From Eledone cirrhosa (taxonomy: Eukaryota): a stretch of 64,000 nt of DNA. Shown piece after piece: positions 39,981 through 54,589 of this stretch. A model generated the notes under the pieces. That model searched no databases. It was not told where the DNA came from and was given only the letters and a program-made list of their open reading frames with translations. The stretch covers positions 168,950,001 through 169,014,000 of the forward strand of contig OZ024742.1 in assembly GCA_964016885.1 (NCBI GenBank), written 5' to 3'. Every line of letters starts with the position of its first letter. Position 1 is the stretch's first letter. The position numbers and the translations under genes are program-made.

Positions 39981-41831
39981 CCTTGGACGGCTGGAAATTA
40001 TATCCCCTTGGACGGCTGGAAATTACCTCCCCTTGGACAGCTGGAAATTATCTGCCCTTGATTTTGTTTTTACAAATTATCTCCCCCTGATTTTTTTTAA
40101 AAATTATCTCCACCTGATTTTTTAAAAAATTATCTCCCCTTGGACGGCTGGAAATTATCTCCCCTTGATTTTTTTACAAATTATCTCCCCCTGATTTTTT
40201 TTACAAATTATCTCCTCCTGATTTTTTTTTTACAAATTATCTCCCCCTGATTTTTTACCAAATTATCTCCCCCTGATTTTTTTTACAAATTATCTTCCCT
40301 TGGCTGGCGGGAAATTATCTCCCCTTGGACGGCTGAAAATTATCTCCCCTTGGACGGCTGGAAATTATCTCCCCTTGATTTTTTTTACAAATTATCTCCC
40401 CCTGATTTTTTTTTACAAATTATCTCCCCCTGATTTTTTTTTACAAATTATCTCCCCCTGATTTTTTTTTACAAATTATCTGCCCCTGATTTTTTTTACA
40501 AATTATCTCCCCCTGATTTTTTTACAAATTATCTCCCCTTGGCTGGCTGGAAATTATCTCTCCTTGGAGGCTGGAATTTATCTCCCCTTGGACGGCTAGA
40601 AATTACCTCTCCTTGGACGGCTGGAAAATATTTCTCCTTGGACGGCTGGATATTATCTACCCTTGGACGGGTGGAAATTATCTCCCCTTGGACGGCTGGA
40701 AATTATCTCCCCTTGGACGGCTAGATATTAGCTCCCCTTGGACGGCTGGAAATTTTCTCCCCTTGATTTTTTTTACAAATTATCTCCCCCTGATTTTTTT
40801 TTTAAAAATTATCTCCCCCTGATTTTTTTACAAATTATCTCCCCCTGATTTTTTTTACAAATTATCTCCGCCTGATTTTTTTAAATATTATCTTCCCTTG
40901 GCTGGCGGGAAATTATCTCCCCTTGGACGGCTGAAAATTATCTCCCCTTGGACGGCTGGAAATTATCTCCCCTTGATTTTTTTTACAAATTATCTCCCCC
41001 TGATTATTTTTTACAAATTATCTTTCCCTGATTTTTTTTTACAAATTATCTCCCCCTGATTTTTTTTACAAATTATCTCCCCCTGATTTTTTTACAAATT
41101 ATCTCCCCTTGGCTGGCTGGAAATTATCTCCTCTTGGTGGCTGGAATTTATCTCCCCTTGGACGGCTGGAAATTATCTCTCCTTGGACGGCTAGTAATTA
41201 CCTCTCCTTGGACGGCTGGAAAATATGTCTCGTTGGAGGGCTGGAAATTATCTCCCCTTGGACGGCTGGAAATTATCTCCCCTTGGACGGCTGGAAATTA
41301 TCTCTCCTTGGACGGCTAGAAATTACCTCTCCTTGGACGGCTGAAAATTATCTCTCCTTGGACGGCTGGAAATTATCTCCCCTTGGACGGCTAGATATTA
41401 CCTCCCCTTGGACGGCTGGAAATTATCTCCCCTTGATTTTTTTTACAAATTATCTCCCCCTGATTTTTTTTACAAATTATCTACACCTGATTTTTTTACA
41501 AATTATCTCCCCCTGATTTTTTTTACAAATTATCTCCGCCTAATTTTTTTAAATATTATCTTCCCTTGGCTGGCGGGAAATTATCTCCCCTTGGACGGCT
41601 GAAAATTATCTCCCCTTGGACGGCTGGAAATTATCTCCCCTTGATTTTTTTTACAAATTATCTCCCCCTGATTTTTTTTTACAAATTATCTCCCCCTGAT
41701 TTTTTTTTACAAATTATCTCCCCCTGATTTTTTTTTACAAATTATCTCCACCTGATTTTTTTTACAAATTATCTCCCCCTGATATTTTTTACAAATTATC
41801 TCCCCCTGATTTTTTTACAAATTATCTCCCC

Positions 41832-44800
41832 TTGGCTGGCTGGAAATTATCTCCCCTTGGAGGCTGGAATTTATCTCCCCTTGGACGGCTAGAAATTACC
41901 TCGCCTTGGACGGCTGGAAAATATGTCTCCTTGGACGGCTGGAAATTATCTCCCCTTGGACGGCTGGAAATTATCTCCCCTTGGACGGCTGGATATTATC
42001 TACCCTTGGACGGCTAGATATTACCTCCCCTTGGACGGCTGGAAATTATCTCCCCTTGATTTTTTTTACAAATTATCTCCCCCTGATTTTTTTTTACAAA
42101 TTATCTCCCCCTGATTTTTTTTTACAAATTATCTACCCCTGATTTTTTTTTACAAATTATCTCCCCCTGATTTTTTTTACAAATTATCTCTCCCTGATTT
42201 TTTTTTACAAATTATCTCCCCCTGATTTTTTTTTACAAATTATCTACCCCTGATTTTTTTTTACAAATTATCTCCCCCTGATTTTTTTTACAAATTATCT
42301 CCCCCTGATTTTTTTACAAATTATCTCCCCCCGATTTTTTTTACAAATTATCTCCGCCTAATTTTTTTAAATATTATCTTCCCTTGGCTGGCGGGAAATT
42401 ATCTCCCCTTGGACGGCTGAAAATTATCTCCCCTTGGACGGCTGGAAATTATCTCCCCTTGATTTTTTTACAAATTATCTCCCCCTGATTATTTTTTACA
42501 AATTATCTCCCCCTGATTTTTTTTTACAAATTATCTCCCTCTGATTTTTTTTACAAATTATCTCCCCTTGGCTGGCTGGAAATTATCTCCCCTTGGAGGC
42601 TGGAATTTATCTCCCCTTGGACGGTTAGAAATTACCTCTCCTTGGACTGCTGGAAAATATGTCTCCTTGGACGGCTGGAAATTATCTCCCCTTGGACGGC
42701 TGGAAATTATCTCCCCTTGGACGGCTGGAAATTATCTCTCCTCGGACGACTAGAAATTACCTCTCCTTGGACAGCTGAAAATTATCTCCCCTTGGACGGC
42801 TGGAAATTATCTCCCCTTGATTTTTTTTACAAATTATCTCCCCCTGATTTTTTTTTACAAATTATCTCCCCCTGATTTTTTTTTACAAATTATCTCCCCC
42901 TGATTTTTTTTACAAATTATCTCCCCCTGATATTTTTTACAAATTATCTCCCCCTGATTTTTTTACAAATTATCTCCCCTTGGCTGGCTGGAAATTATCT
43001 CCCCTTGGAGGCTGGAATTTATCTCCCCTTGGACGGCTAGAAATTACCTCGCCTTGGACGGCTGGAAAATATGTCTCCTTGGACGGCTGGAAATTATCTC
43101 CCCTTGGACGGCTGGAAATTATCTCCCCTTGGACGGCTAGATATTACCTCCCCTTGGACGGCTGGAAATTATCTCCCCTTGATTTTTTTTACAAATTATC
43201 TCCCCCTGATTTTTTTTTACAAATTATCTCCCCCTGATTTTTTTTTACAAATTATCTACCCCTGATTTTTTTTTACAAATTATCTCCCCCTGATTTTTTT
43301 TACAAATTATCTCTCCCTGATTTTTTTTTACAAATTATCTCCCCCTGATTTTTTTTTACAAATTATCTACCCCTGATTTTTTTTTACAAATTATCTCCCC
43401 CTGATTTTTTTTACAAATTATCTCCCCCTGATTTTTTTTACAAATTATCTCCCCCTGATTTTTTTACAAATTATCTCCCCCCGATTTTTTTTACAAATTA
43501 TCTCCGCCTAATTTTTTTAAATATTATCTTCCCTTGGCTGGCGGGAAATTATCTCCCCTTGGACGGCTGAAAATTATCTCCCCTTGGACGGCTGGAAATT
43601 ATCTCCCCTTGATTTTTTTACAAATTATCTCACCCTGATTATTTTTTACAAATTATCTCCCCCTGATTTTTTTTTACAAATTATCTCCCTCTGATTTTTT
43701 TTACAAATTATCTCCCCTTGGCTGGCTGGAAATTATCTCCCCTTGGAGGCTGGAATTTATCTCCCCTTGGACGGTTAGAAATTACCTCTCCTTGGACTGC
43801 TGGAAAATATGTCTCCTTGGACGGCTGGAAATTATCTCCCCTGGGACGGCTGGAAATTATCTCCCCTTGGACGGCTGGAAATTATCTCTCCTCGGACGAC
43901 TAGAAATTACCTCTCCTTGGACAGCTGAAAATTATCTCCCCTTGGACGGCTGGAAATTATCTCCCCTTGATTTTTTTTACAAATTATCTCCCCCTGATTT
44001 TATTTTACAAATTATCTCCCCCTGATTTTTTTTACAAATTATCTCCCCCTGATATTTTTTACAAATTATCTCCCCCTGATTTTTTTACAAATTATCTCCC
44101 CTTGGCTGGCTGGAAATTATCTCCCCTTGGAGGCTGGAATTTATCTCCCCTTGGACGGCTAGAAATTACCTCGCCTTGGACGGCTGGAAAATATGTCTCC
44201 TTGGACGGCTGGAAATTATCTCCCCTTGGACGGCTGGAAATTATCTCCCCTTGGACGGCTGGAAATTATCTCCCCTTGGACGGCTAGATATTACCTCCCC
44301 TTGGATGGCTGGAAATTATCTCCCCTTGATTTTTTTTACAAATTATCTCCCCCTGATTTTTTTTTACAAATTATCTCCCTGATTTTTTTTTACGAATTAT
44401 CTCCCCCTGATTTTTTTTTACAAATTATCTCCGCCTGATTTTTTTTTTTAAATTATCTCCCCTTGAACGGCTGGAAATTATCTCCCCTTGGACGGCTGGA
44501 AATTATCTCCCCTTGGACGGCTAGAAATTACCTCTCCTTGGACGGCTGAAAATTATCTCCCCTTGGACGGCTGCAAATTATCTCCCCTTGATTTTTTAAC
44601 AAATTATCTCCCCCTGATTTTTTTTTACAAATTATCTCCCCCTGATTTTTTTTTACAAATTATCTACGCCTAAGTTTTTTTACAAATTATCTCCCCCTGA
44701 TTTTTTTTTACAAATTATCTCCCCCTGATTTTTTTTACAAATTATCTCCCCCTGATTTTTTTTTACAAATTATTTCCCCCTGATTTTTTTACAAATTATC

Positions 44801-46725
44801 TCCCCCCTGATTTTTTTTACAATCTCCGCCTGATTTTTTAAAAAATTATCTTCCCTTGGCTGGCGGGAAATTATCTCCCCTTGGACGGCTGGAAATTATA
44901 TCCCCTTGGACGGCTGGAAATTACCTCCCCTTGGACAGCTGGAAATTATCTGCCCTTGATTTTGTTTTTACAAATTATCTCCCCCTGATTTTTTTTACAA
45001 ATTATCTCCACCTGATTTTTTAAAAAATTATCTCCCCTTGGACGGCTGGAAATTATCTCCCCTTGATTTTTTTACAAATTATCTCCCCCTGATTTTTTTT
45101 ACAAATTATCTCCCCCTGATTTTTTTTTTACAAATTATCTCCCCCTGATTTTTTTACAAATTATCTCCCCCTGATTTTTTTTACAAATTATCTCCGCCTG
45201 ATTTTTTTAAATATTATCTTCCCTTGGCTGGCGGGAAATTATCTCCCCTTGGACGGCTGAAAATTATCTCCCCTTGGACGGCTGGAAATTATCTCCCCTT
45301 GATTTTTTTTACAAATTATCTCCCCCTGATTTTTTTTTACAAATTATCTCCCCTGATTTTTTTTTACAAATTATCTGCCCCTGATTTTTTTTACAAATTA
45401 TCTCCCCCTGATTTTTTTACAAATTATCTCCCCTTGGCTGGCTGGAAATTATCTCCCCTTGGAGGCTGGAATTTATCTCCCCTTGGACGGCTAGAAATTA
45501 CCTCTCCTTGGACGGCTGGAAAATATTTCTCCTTGGACGGCTGGATATTATCTACCCTTGGACGGGTGGAAATTACCTCCCCTTGGACGGCTGGAAATTA
45601 TCTCCCCTTGGACGGCTAGATATTACCTCCCCTTGGACGGCTGGAAATTATCTCCCCTTGATTTTTTTTACAAATTATCTCCCCCTGATTTTTTTTTTAC
45701 AAATTATCTCCCCCTGATTTTTTTACAAATTATCTCCCCCTGATTTTTTTTACAAATTATCTCCGCCTGATTTTTTTAAATATTATCTTCCCTTGGCTGG
45801 CGGGAAATTATCTCCCCTTGGACGGCTGAAAATTATCTCCCCTTGGACGGCTGGAAATTATCTCCCCTTGATTTTTTTTACAAATTATCTCCCCCTGATT
45901 ATTTTTTACAAATTATCTTTCCCTGATTTTTTTTTACAAATTATCTCCCCCTGATTTTTTTTACAAATTATCTCCCCCTGATTTTTTTACAAATTATCTC
46001 CCCTTGGCTGGCTGGAAATTATCTCCCCTTGGTGGCTGGAATTTATCTCCCCTTGGACGGCTGGAAATTATCTCTCCTTGGACGGCTAGTAATTACCTCT
46101 CCTTGGACGGCTGGAAAATATGTCTCGTTGGAGGGCCGGAAATTATCTCCCCTTGGACGGCTGGAAATTATCTCCCCTTGGACGGCTGGAAATTATCTCT
46201 CCTTGGACGGCTAGAAATTACCTCTCCTTGGACGGCTGAAAATTATCTCTCCTTGGACGGCTGGAAATTATCTCCCCTTGGACGGCTAGATATTACCTCC
46301 CCTTGGACGGCTGGAAATTATCTCCCCTTGATTTTTTTTACAAATTATCTCCCCCTGATTTTTTTTACAAATTATCTACACATGATTTTTTTACAAATTA
46401 TCTCCCCCTGATTTTTTTACAAATTATCTCCGCCTAATTTTTTTAAATATTATCTTACCTTGGCTGGCGGGAAATTATCTCCCCTTGGACGGCTGAAAAT
46501 TATCTCCCCTTGGACGGCTGGAAATTATCTCCCCTTGATTTTTTTTACAAATTATCTCCCCCTGATTTTTTTTTACAAATTATCTCCCCCTGATTTTTTT
46601 TTACAAATTATCTCCCCCTGATTTTTTTTTACAAATTATCTCCCCCTGATTTTTTTTACAAATTATCTCCCCCTGATATTTTTTACAAATTATCTCCCCC
46701 TGATTTTTTTACAAATTATCTCCCC
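41832..46725 (+). repeat. U-type HOR unit (4894 bp): U-P-Q-P'-Q'-R-S-T
   Basis: U landmark (CCTCGCC block containing GGATATTATCTACCC) at 41832 and 46726; no X markers. Confidence 0.85.
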
Positions 46726-49700
46726 TTGGCTGGCTGGAAATTATCTCCCCTTGGAGGCTGGAATTTATCTCCCCTTGGACGGCTAGAAATTACCTCGCCT
46801 TGGACGGCTGGAAAATATGTCTCCTTGGACGGCTGGAAATTATCTCCCCTTGGACGGCTGGAAATTATCTCCCCTTGGACGGCTGGATATTATCTACCCT
46901 TGGACGGCTAGATATTACCTCCCCTTGGACGGCTGGAAATTATCTCCCCTTGATTTTTTTTACAAATTATCTCCCCCTGATTTTTTTTTACAAATTATCT
47001 CCCCCTGATTTTTTTTTACAAATTATCTACCCCTGATTTTTTTTTACAAATTATCTCCCCCTGATTTTTTTTACAAATTATCTCTCCCTGATTTTTTTTT
47101 ACAAATTATCTCCCCCTGATTTTTTTTTACAAATTATCTACCCCTGATTTTTTTTTACAAATTATCTCCCCCTGATTTTTTTTACAAATTATCTCCCCCT
47201 GATTTTTTTACAAATTATCTCCCCCCGATTTTTTTTACAAATTATATCCGCCTAATTTTTTTAAATATTATCTTCCCTTGGCTGGCAGGAAATTATCTCC
47301 CCTTGGACGGCTGAAAATTATCTCCCCTTGGACGGCTGGAAATTATCTCCCCTTGATTTTTTTACAAATTATCTCACCCTGATTATTTTTTACAAATTAT
47401 CTCCCCCTGATTTTTTTTTACAAATTATCTCCCTCTGATTTTTTTTACAAATTATCGCCCCTTGGCTGGCTGGAAATTATCTCCCCTTGGAGGCTGGAAT
47501 TTATCTCCCCTTGGACGGTTAGAAATTACCTCTCCTTGGACTGCTGGAAAATATGTCTCCTTGGACGGCTGGAAATTATCTCCCCTGGGACGGCTGGAAA
47601 TTATCTCCCCTTGGACGGCTGGAAATTATCTCTCCTCGGACGACTAGAAATTACCTCTCCTTGGACAGCTGAAAATTATCTCCCCTTGGACGGCTGGAAA
47701 TTATCTCCCCTTGATTTTTTTTACAAATTATCTCCCCCTGATTTTTTTTTACAAATTATCTCCCCCTGATTTTATTTTACAAATTATCTCCCCCTGATTT
47801 TTTTTACAAATTATCTCCCCCTGATATTTTTTACAAATTATCTCCCCCTGATTTTTTTACAAATTATCTCCCCTTGGCTGGCTGGAAATTATCTCCCCTT
47901 GGAGGCTGGAATTTATCTCCCCTTGGACGGCTAGAAATTACCTCGCCTTGGACGGCTGGAAAATATGTCTCCTTGGACGGCTGGAAATTATCTCCCCTTG
48001 GACGGCTGGAAATTATCTCCCCTTGGACGGCTGGAAATTATCTCCCCTTGGACGGCTAGATATTACCTCCCCTTGGACGGCTGGAAATTATCTCCCCTTG
48101 ATTTTTTTTACAAATTATCTCCCCCTGATTTTTTTTTACAAATTATCTCCCTGATTTTTTTTTACGAATTATCTCCCCCTGATTTTTTTTTACAAATTAT
48201 CTCCGCCTGATTTTTTTTTTAAAATTATCTCCCCTTGAACGGCTGGAAATTATCTCCCCTTGGACGGCTGGAAATTATCTCCCCTTGGACGGCTAGAAAT
48301 TACCTCTCCTTGGACGGCTGAAAATTATCTCCCCTTGGACGGCTGCAAATTATCTCCCCTTGATTTTTTAACAAATTATCTCCCCCTGATTTTTTTTTAC
48401 AAATTATCTCCCCCTGATTTTTTTTTACAAATTATCTACGCCTAAGTTTTTTTACAAATTATCTCCCCCTGATTTTTTTTTACAAATTATCTCCCCCTGA
48501 TTTTTTTTACAAATTATCTCCCCCTGATTTTTTTTTACAAATTATTTCCCCCTGATTTTTTTACAAATTATCTCCCCCCTGATTTTTTTTACAATCTCCG
48601 CCTGATTTTTTAAAAAATTATCTTCCCTTGGCTGGCGGGAAATTATCTCCCCTTGGACGGCTGGAAATTATATCCCCTTGGACGGCTGGAAATTACCTCC
48701 CCTTGGACAGCTGGAAATTATCTGCCCTTGATTTTGTTTTTACAAATTATCTCCCCCTGATTTTTTTTACAAATTATCTCCACCTGATTTTTTAAAAAAT
48801 TATCTCCCCTTGGACGGCTGGAAATTATCTCCCCTTGATTTTTTTACAAATTATCTCCCCCTGATTTTTTTTACAAATTATCTCCCCCTGATTTTTTTTT
48901 TACAAATTATCTCCCCCTGATTTTTTTACAAATTATCTCCCCCTGATTTTTTTTACAAATTATCTCCGCCTGATTTTTTTAAATATTATCTTCCCTTGGC
49001 TGGCGGGAAATTATCTCCCCTTGGACGGCTGAAAATTATCTCCCCTTGGACGGCTGGAAATTATCTCCCCTTGATTTTTTTTACAAATTATCTCCCCCTG
49101 ATTTTTTTTTACAAATTATCTCCCCTGATTTTTTTTTACAAATTATCTGCCCCTGATTTTTTTTACAAATTATCTCCCCCTGATTTTTTTACAAATTATC
49201 TCCCCTTGGCTGGCTGGAAATTATCTCCCCTTGGAGGCTGGAATTTATCTCCCCTTGGACGGCTAGAAATTACCTCTCCTTGGACGGCTGGAAAATATTT
49301 CTCCTTGGACGGCTGGATATTATCTACCCTTGGACGGGTGGAAATTATCTCCCCTTGGACGGCTGGAAATTATCTCCCCTTGGACGGCTAGATATTACCT
49401 CCCCTTGGACGGCTGGAAATTATCTCCCCTTGATTTTTTTTACAAATTATCTCCCCCTGATTTTTTTTTTACAAATTATCTCCCCCTGATTTTTTTACAA
49501 ATTATCTCCCCCTGATTTTTTTTACAAATTATCTCCGCCTGATTTTTTTAAATATTATCTTCCCTTGGCTGGCGGGAAATTATCTCCCCTTGGACGGCTG
49601 AAAATTATCTCCCCTTGGACGGCTGGAAATTATCTCCCCTTGATTTTTTTTACAAATTATCTCCCCCTGATTATTTTTTACAAATTATCTTTCCCTGATT

Positions 49701-52700
49701 TTTTTTTTACAAATTATCTCCCCCTGATTTTTTTTACAAATTATCTCCCCCTGATTTTTTTACAAATTATCTCCCCTTGGCTGGCTGGAAATTATCTCCC
49801 CTTGGTGGCTGGAATTTATCTCCTCTTGGACGGCTGGAAATTATCTCTCCTTGGACGGCTAGTAATTACCTCTCCTTGGACGGCTGGAAAATATGTCTCG
49901 TTGGAGGGCCGGAAATTATCTCCCCTTGGACGGCTGGAAATTATCTCCCCTTGGACGGCTGGAAATTATCTCTCCTTGGACGGCTAGAAATTACCTCTCC
50001 TTGGACGGCTGAAAATTATCTCTCCTTGGACGGCTGGAAATTATCTCCCCTTGGACGGCTAGATATTACCTCCCCTTGGACGGCTGGAAATTATCTCCCC
50101 TTGATTTTTTTTACAAATTATCTCCCCCTGATTTTTTTTACAAATTATCTACACCTGATTTTTTTACAAATTATCTCCCCCTGATTTTTTTACAAATTAT
50201 CTCCGCCTAATTTTTTTAAATATTATCTTACCTTGGCTGGCGGGAAATTATCTCCCCTTGGACGGCTGAAAATTATCTCCCCTTGGACGGCTGGAAATTA
50301 TCTCCCCTTGATTTTTTTTACAAATTATCTCCCCCTGATTTTTTTTTACAAATTATCTCCCCCTGATTTTTTTTTACAAATTATCTCCCCCTGATTTTTT
50401 TTTACAAATTATCTCCCCCTGATTTTTTTTACAAATTATCTCCCCCTGATATTTTTTACAAATTATCTCCCCCTGATTTTTTTACAAATTATCTCCCCTT
50501 GGCTGGCTGGAAATTATCTCCCCTTGGAGGCTGGAATTTATCTCCCCTTGGACGGCTAGAAATTACCTCGCCTTGGACGGCTGGAAAATATGTCTCCTTG
50601 GACGGCTGGAAATTATCTCCCCTTGGACGGCTGGAAATTATCTCCCCTTGGACGGCTGGATATTATCTACCCTTGGACGGCTAGATATTACCTCCCCTTG
50701 GACGGCTGGAAATTATCTCCCCTTGATTTTTTTTACAAATTATCTCCCCCTGATTTTTTTTTACAAATTATCTCCCCCTGATTTTTTTTTACAAATTATC
50801 TACCCCTGATTTTTTTTACAAATTATCTCCCCCTGATTTTTTTTACAAATTATCTCTCCCTGATTTTTTTTTACAAATTATCTCCCCCTGATTTTTTTTT
50901 ACAAATTATCTACCCCTGATTTTTTTTTACAAATTATCTCCCCCTGATTTTTTTTACAAATTATCTCCCCCTGATTTTTTTACAAATTATCTCCCCCCGA
51001 TTTTTTTTACAAATTATATCCGCCTAATTTTTTTAAATATTATCTTCCCTTGGCTGGCAGGAAATTATCTCCCCTTGGACGGCTGAAAATTATCTCCCCT
51101 TGGACGGCTGGAAATTATCTCCCCTTGATTTTTTTACAAATTATCTCCCCCTGATTATTTTTTACAAATTATCTCCCCCTGATTTTTTTTTACAAATTAT
51201 CTCCCTCCGATTTTTTTTACAAATTATCTCCCCTTGGCTGGCTGGAAATTATCTCCCCTTGGAGGCTGGAATTTATCTCCCCTTGGACGGTTAGAAATTA
51301 CCTCTCCTTGGACTGCTGGAAAATATGTCTCCTTGGACGGCTGGAAATTATCTCCCCTTGGACGGCTGGAAATTATCTCCCCTTGGACGGCTGGAAATTA
51401 TCTCTCCTCGGACGACTAGAAATTACCTCTCCTTGGACAGCTGAAAATTATCTCCCCTTGGACGGCTGGAAATTATCTCCCCTTGATTTTTTTTACAAAT
51501 TATCTCCCCCTGATTTTTTTTTACAAATTATCTCCCCCTGATTTTTTTTTACAAATTATCTGCCCCTGATTTTTTTTACAAATTATCTCCCCCTGATATT
51601 TTTTACAAATTATCTCCCCCTGATTTTTTTACAAATTATCTCCCCTTGGCTGGCTGGAAATTATCTCCCCTTGGAGGCTGGAATTTATCTCCCCTTGGAC
51701 GGCTAGAAATTACCTCGCCTTGGACGGCTGGAAAATATGTCTCCTTGGACGGCTGGAAATTATCTCCCCTTGGACGGCTGGAAATTATCTCCTCTTGGAC
51801 GGCTGGAAATTATCTCCCCTTGGACGGCTAGATATTACCTCCCCTTGGACGGCTGGAAATTATCTCCCCTTGATTTTTTTTACAAATTATCTCCCCCTGA
51901 TTTTTTTTTACAAATTATCTCCCTGATTTTTTTTTACGAATTATCTCCCCCTGATTTTTTTTTACAAATTATCTCCGCCTGATTTTTTTTTAAAAATTAT
52001 CTCCCCTTGAACGGCTGGAAATTATCTCCCCTTGGACGGCTGGAAATTATCTCCCCTTGGACGGCTAGAAATTACCTCTCCTTGGACGGCTGAAAATTAT
52101 CTCCCCTTGGACGGCTGCAAATTATCTCCCCTTGATTTTTTAACAAATTATCTCCCCCTGATTTTTTTTTACAAATTATCTCCCCCTGATTTTTTTTTAC
52201 AAATTATCTACGCCTAAGTTTTTTTACAAATTATCTCCCCCTGATTTTTTTTTACAAATTATCTCCCCCTGATTTTTTTTACAAATTATCTCCCCCTGAT
52301 TTTTTTTTACAAATTATTTTCCCCTGATTTTTTTACAAATTATCTCCCCTCTGATTTTTTTTACAATCTCCGCCTGATTTTTTAAAAAATTATCTTCCCT
52401 TGGCTGGCGGGAAATTATCTCCCCTTGGACGGCTGGAAATTATATCCCCTTGGACGGCTGGAAATTACCTCCCCTTGGACAGCTGGAAATTATCTGCCCT
52501 TGATTTTGTTTTTACAAATTATCTCCCCCTGATTTTTTTTACAAATTATCTCCACCTGATTTTTTAAAAAATTATCTCCCCTTGGACGGCTGGAAATTAT
52601 CTCCCCTTGATTTTTTTACAAATTATCTCCCCCTGATTTTTTTTACAAATTATCTCCCCCTGATTTTTTTTTTACAAATTATCTCCCCCTGATTTTTTTA

Positions 52701-53750
52701 CAAATTATCTCCCCCGGATTTTTTTTACAAATTATCTCCGCCTGATTTTTTTTAATATTATCTTCCCTTGGCTGGCGGGAAATTATCTCCCCTTGGACGG
52801 CTGAAAATTATCTCCCCTTGGACGGCTGGAAATTATCTCCCCTTGATTTTTTTTACAAATTATCTCCCCCTGATTTTTTTTTACAAATTATCTCCCCCTG
52901 ATTTTTTTTTACAAATTATCTGCCCCTGATTTTTTTTACAAATTATCTCCCCCTGATTTTTTTACAAATTATCTCCCCTTGGCTGGCTGGAAATTATCTC
53001 CCCTTGGAGGCTGGAATTTATCTCCCCTTGGACGGCTAGAAATTACCTCTCCTTGGACGGCTGGAAAATATTTCTCCTTGGACGGCTGGATATTATCTAC
53101 CCTTGGACGGGTGGAAATTATCTCCCCTTGGACGGCTGGAAATTATCTCCCCTTGGACGGCTAGATATTACCTCCCCTTGGACGGCTGGAAATTATCTCC
53201 CCTTGATTTTTTTTACAAATTATCTCCCCCTGATTTTTTTTTTACAAATTATCTCCCCCTGATTTTTTTACAAATTATCTCCCCCTGATTTTTTTTACAA
53301 ATTATCTCCGCCTGATTTTTTTAAATATTATCTTCCCTTGGCTGGCGGGAAATTATCTCCCCTTGGACGGCTGAAAATTATCTCCCCTTGGACGGCTGGA
53401 AATTATCTCCCCTTGATTTTTTTTACAAATTATCTCCCCCTGATTATTTTTTACAAATTATCTTTCCCTGATTTTTTTTTACAAATTATCTCCCCCTGAT
53501 TTTTTTTACAAATTATCTCCCCCTGATTTTTTTACAAATTATCTCCCCTTGGCTGGCTGGAAATTATCTCCCCTTGGTGGCTGGAATTTATCTCCCCTTG
53601 GACGGCTGGAAATTATCTCTCCTTGGACGGCTAGTAATTACCTCTCCTTGGACGGCTGGAAAATATGTCTCGTTGGAGGGCTGGAAATTATCTCCCCTTG
53701 GACGGCTGGAAATTATCTCCCCTTGGACGGCTGGAAATTATCTCTCCTTG
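44102..53750 (+). repeat. ~2.5 copies of a 3772/3773-bp HOR (Q'-R-S-T-U-P)
   Basis: Landmarks 44488/48260/52032, 46004/49777/53549, 46726/50499 and 47462/51234. Private variants GAGGGCCGG, TCTTACC, ATATCCGCC and GGCAGG each occur twice at this spacing. Confidence 0.9.
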
Positions 53751-54589
53751 GACGGCTAGATATTACCTCCCCTTGGACGGCTGGAAATTATCTCCCCTTG
53801 ATTTTTTTTACAAATTATCTCCCCCTGATTTTTTTTTACAAATTATCTCCCCCTGATTTTTTTTACAAATTATCTCCCCCTGATTTTTTTTTACAAATTA
53901 TTTCCCCCTGATTTTTTTACAAATTATCTCCCCCCTGATTTTTTTTACAATCTCCGCCTGATTTTTTAAAAAATTATCTTCCCTTGGCTGGCGGGAAATT
54001 ATCTCCCCTTGGACGGCTGGAAATTATATCCCCTTGGACGGCTGGAAATTACCTCCCCTTGGACAGCTGGAAATTATCTGCCCTTGATTTTGTTTTTACA
54101 AATTATCTCCCCCTGATTTTTTTTACAAATTATCTCCACCTGATTTTTTAAAAAATTATCTCCCCTTGGACGGCTGGAAATTATCTCCCCTTGATTTTTT
54201 TACAAATTATCTCCCCCTGATTTTTTTTACAAATTATCTCCCCCTGATTTTTTTTTTACAAATTATCTCCCCCTGATTTTTTTACAAATTATCTCCCCCT
54301 GATTTTTTTTACAAATTATCTCCGCCTGATTTTTTTAAATATTATCTTCCCTTGGCTGGCGGGAAATTATCTCCCCTTGGACGGCTGAAAATTATCTCCC
54401 CTTGGACGGCTGGAAATTATCTCCCCTTGATTTTTTTTACAAATTATCTCCCCCTGATTTTTTTTTACAAATTATCTCCCCCTGATTTTTTTTACAAATT
54501 ATCTCCCCCTGATTTTTTTTTACAAATTATCTGCCCCTGATTTTTTTTACAAATTATCTCCCCCTGATTTTTTTACAAATTATCTTCCC

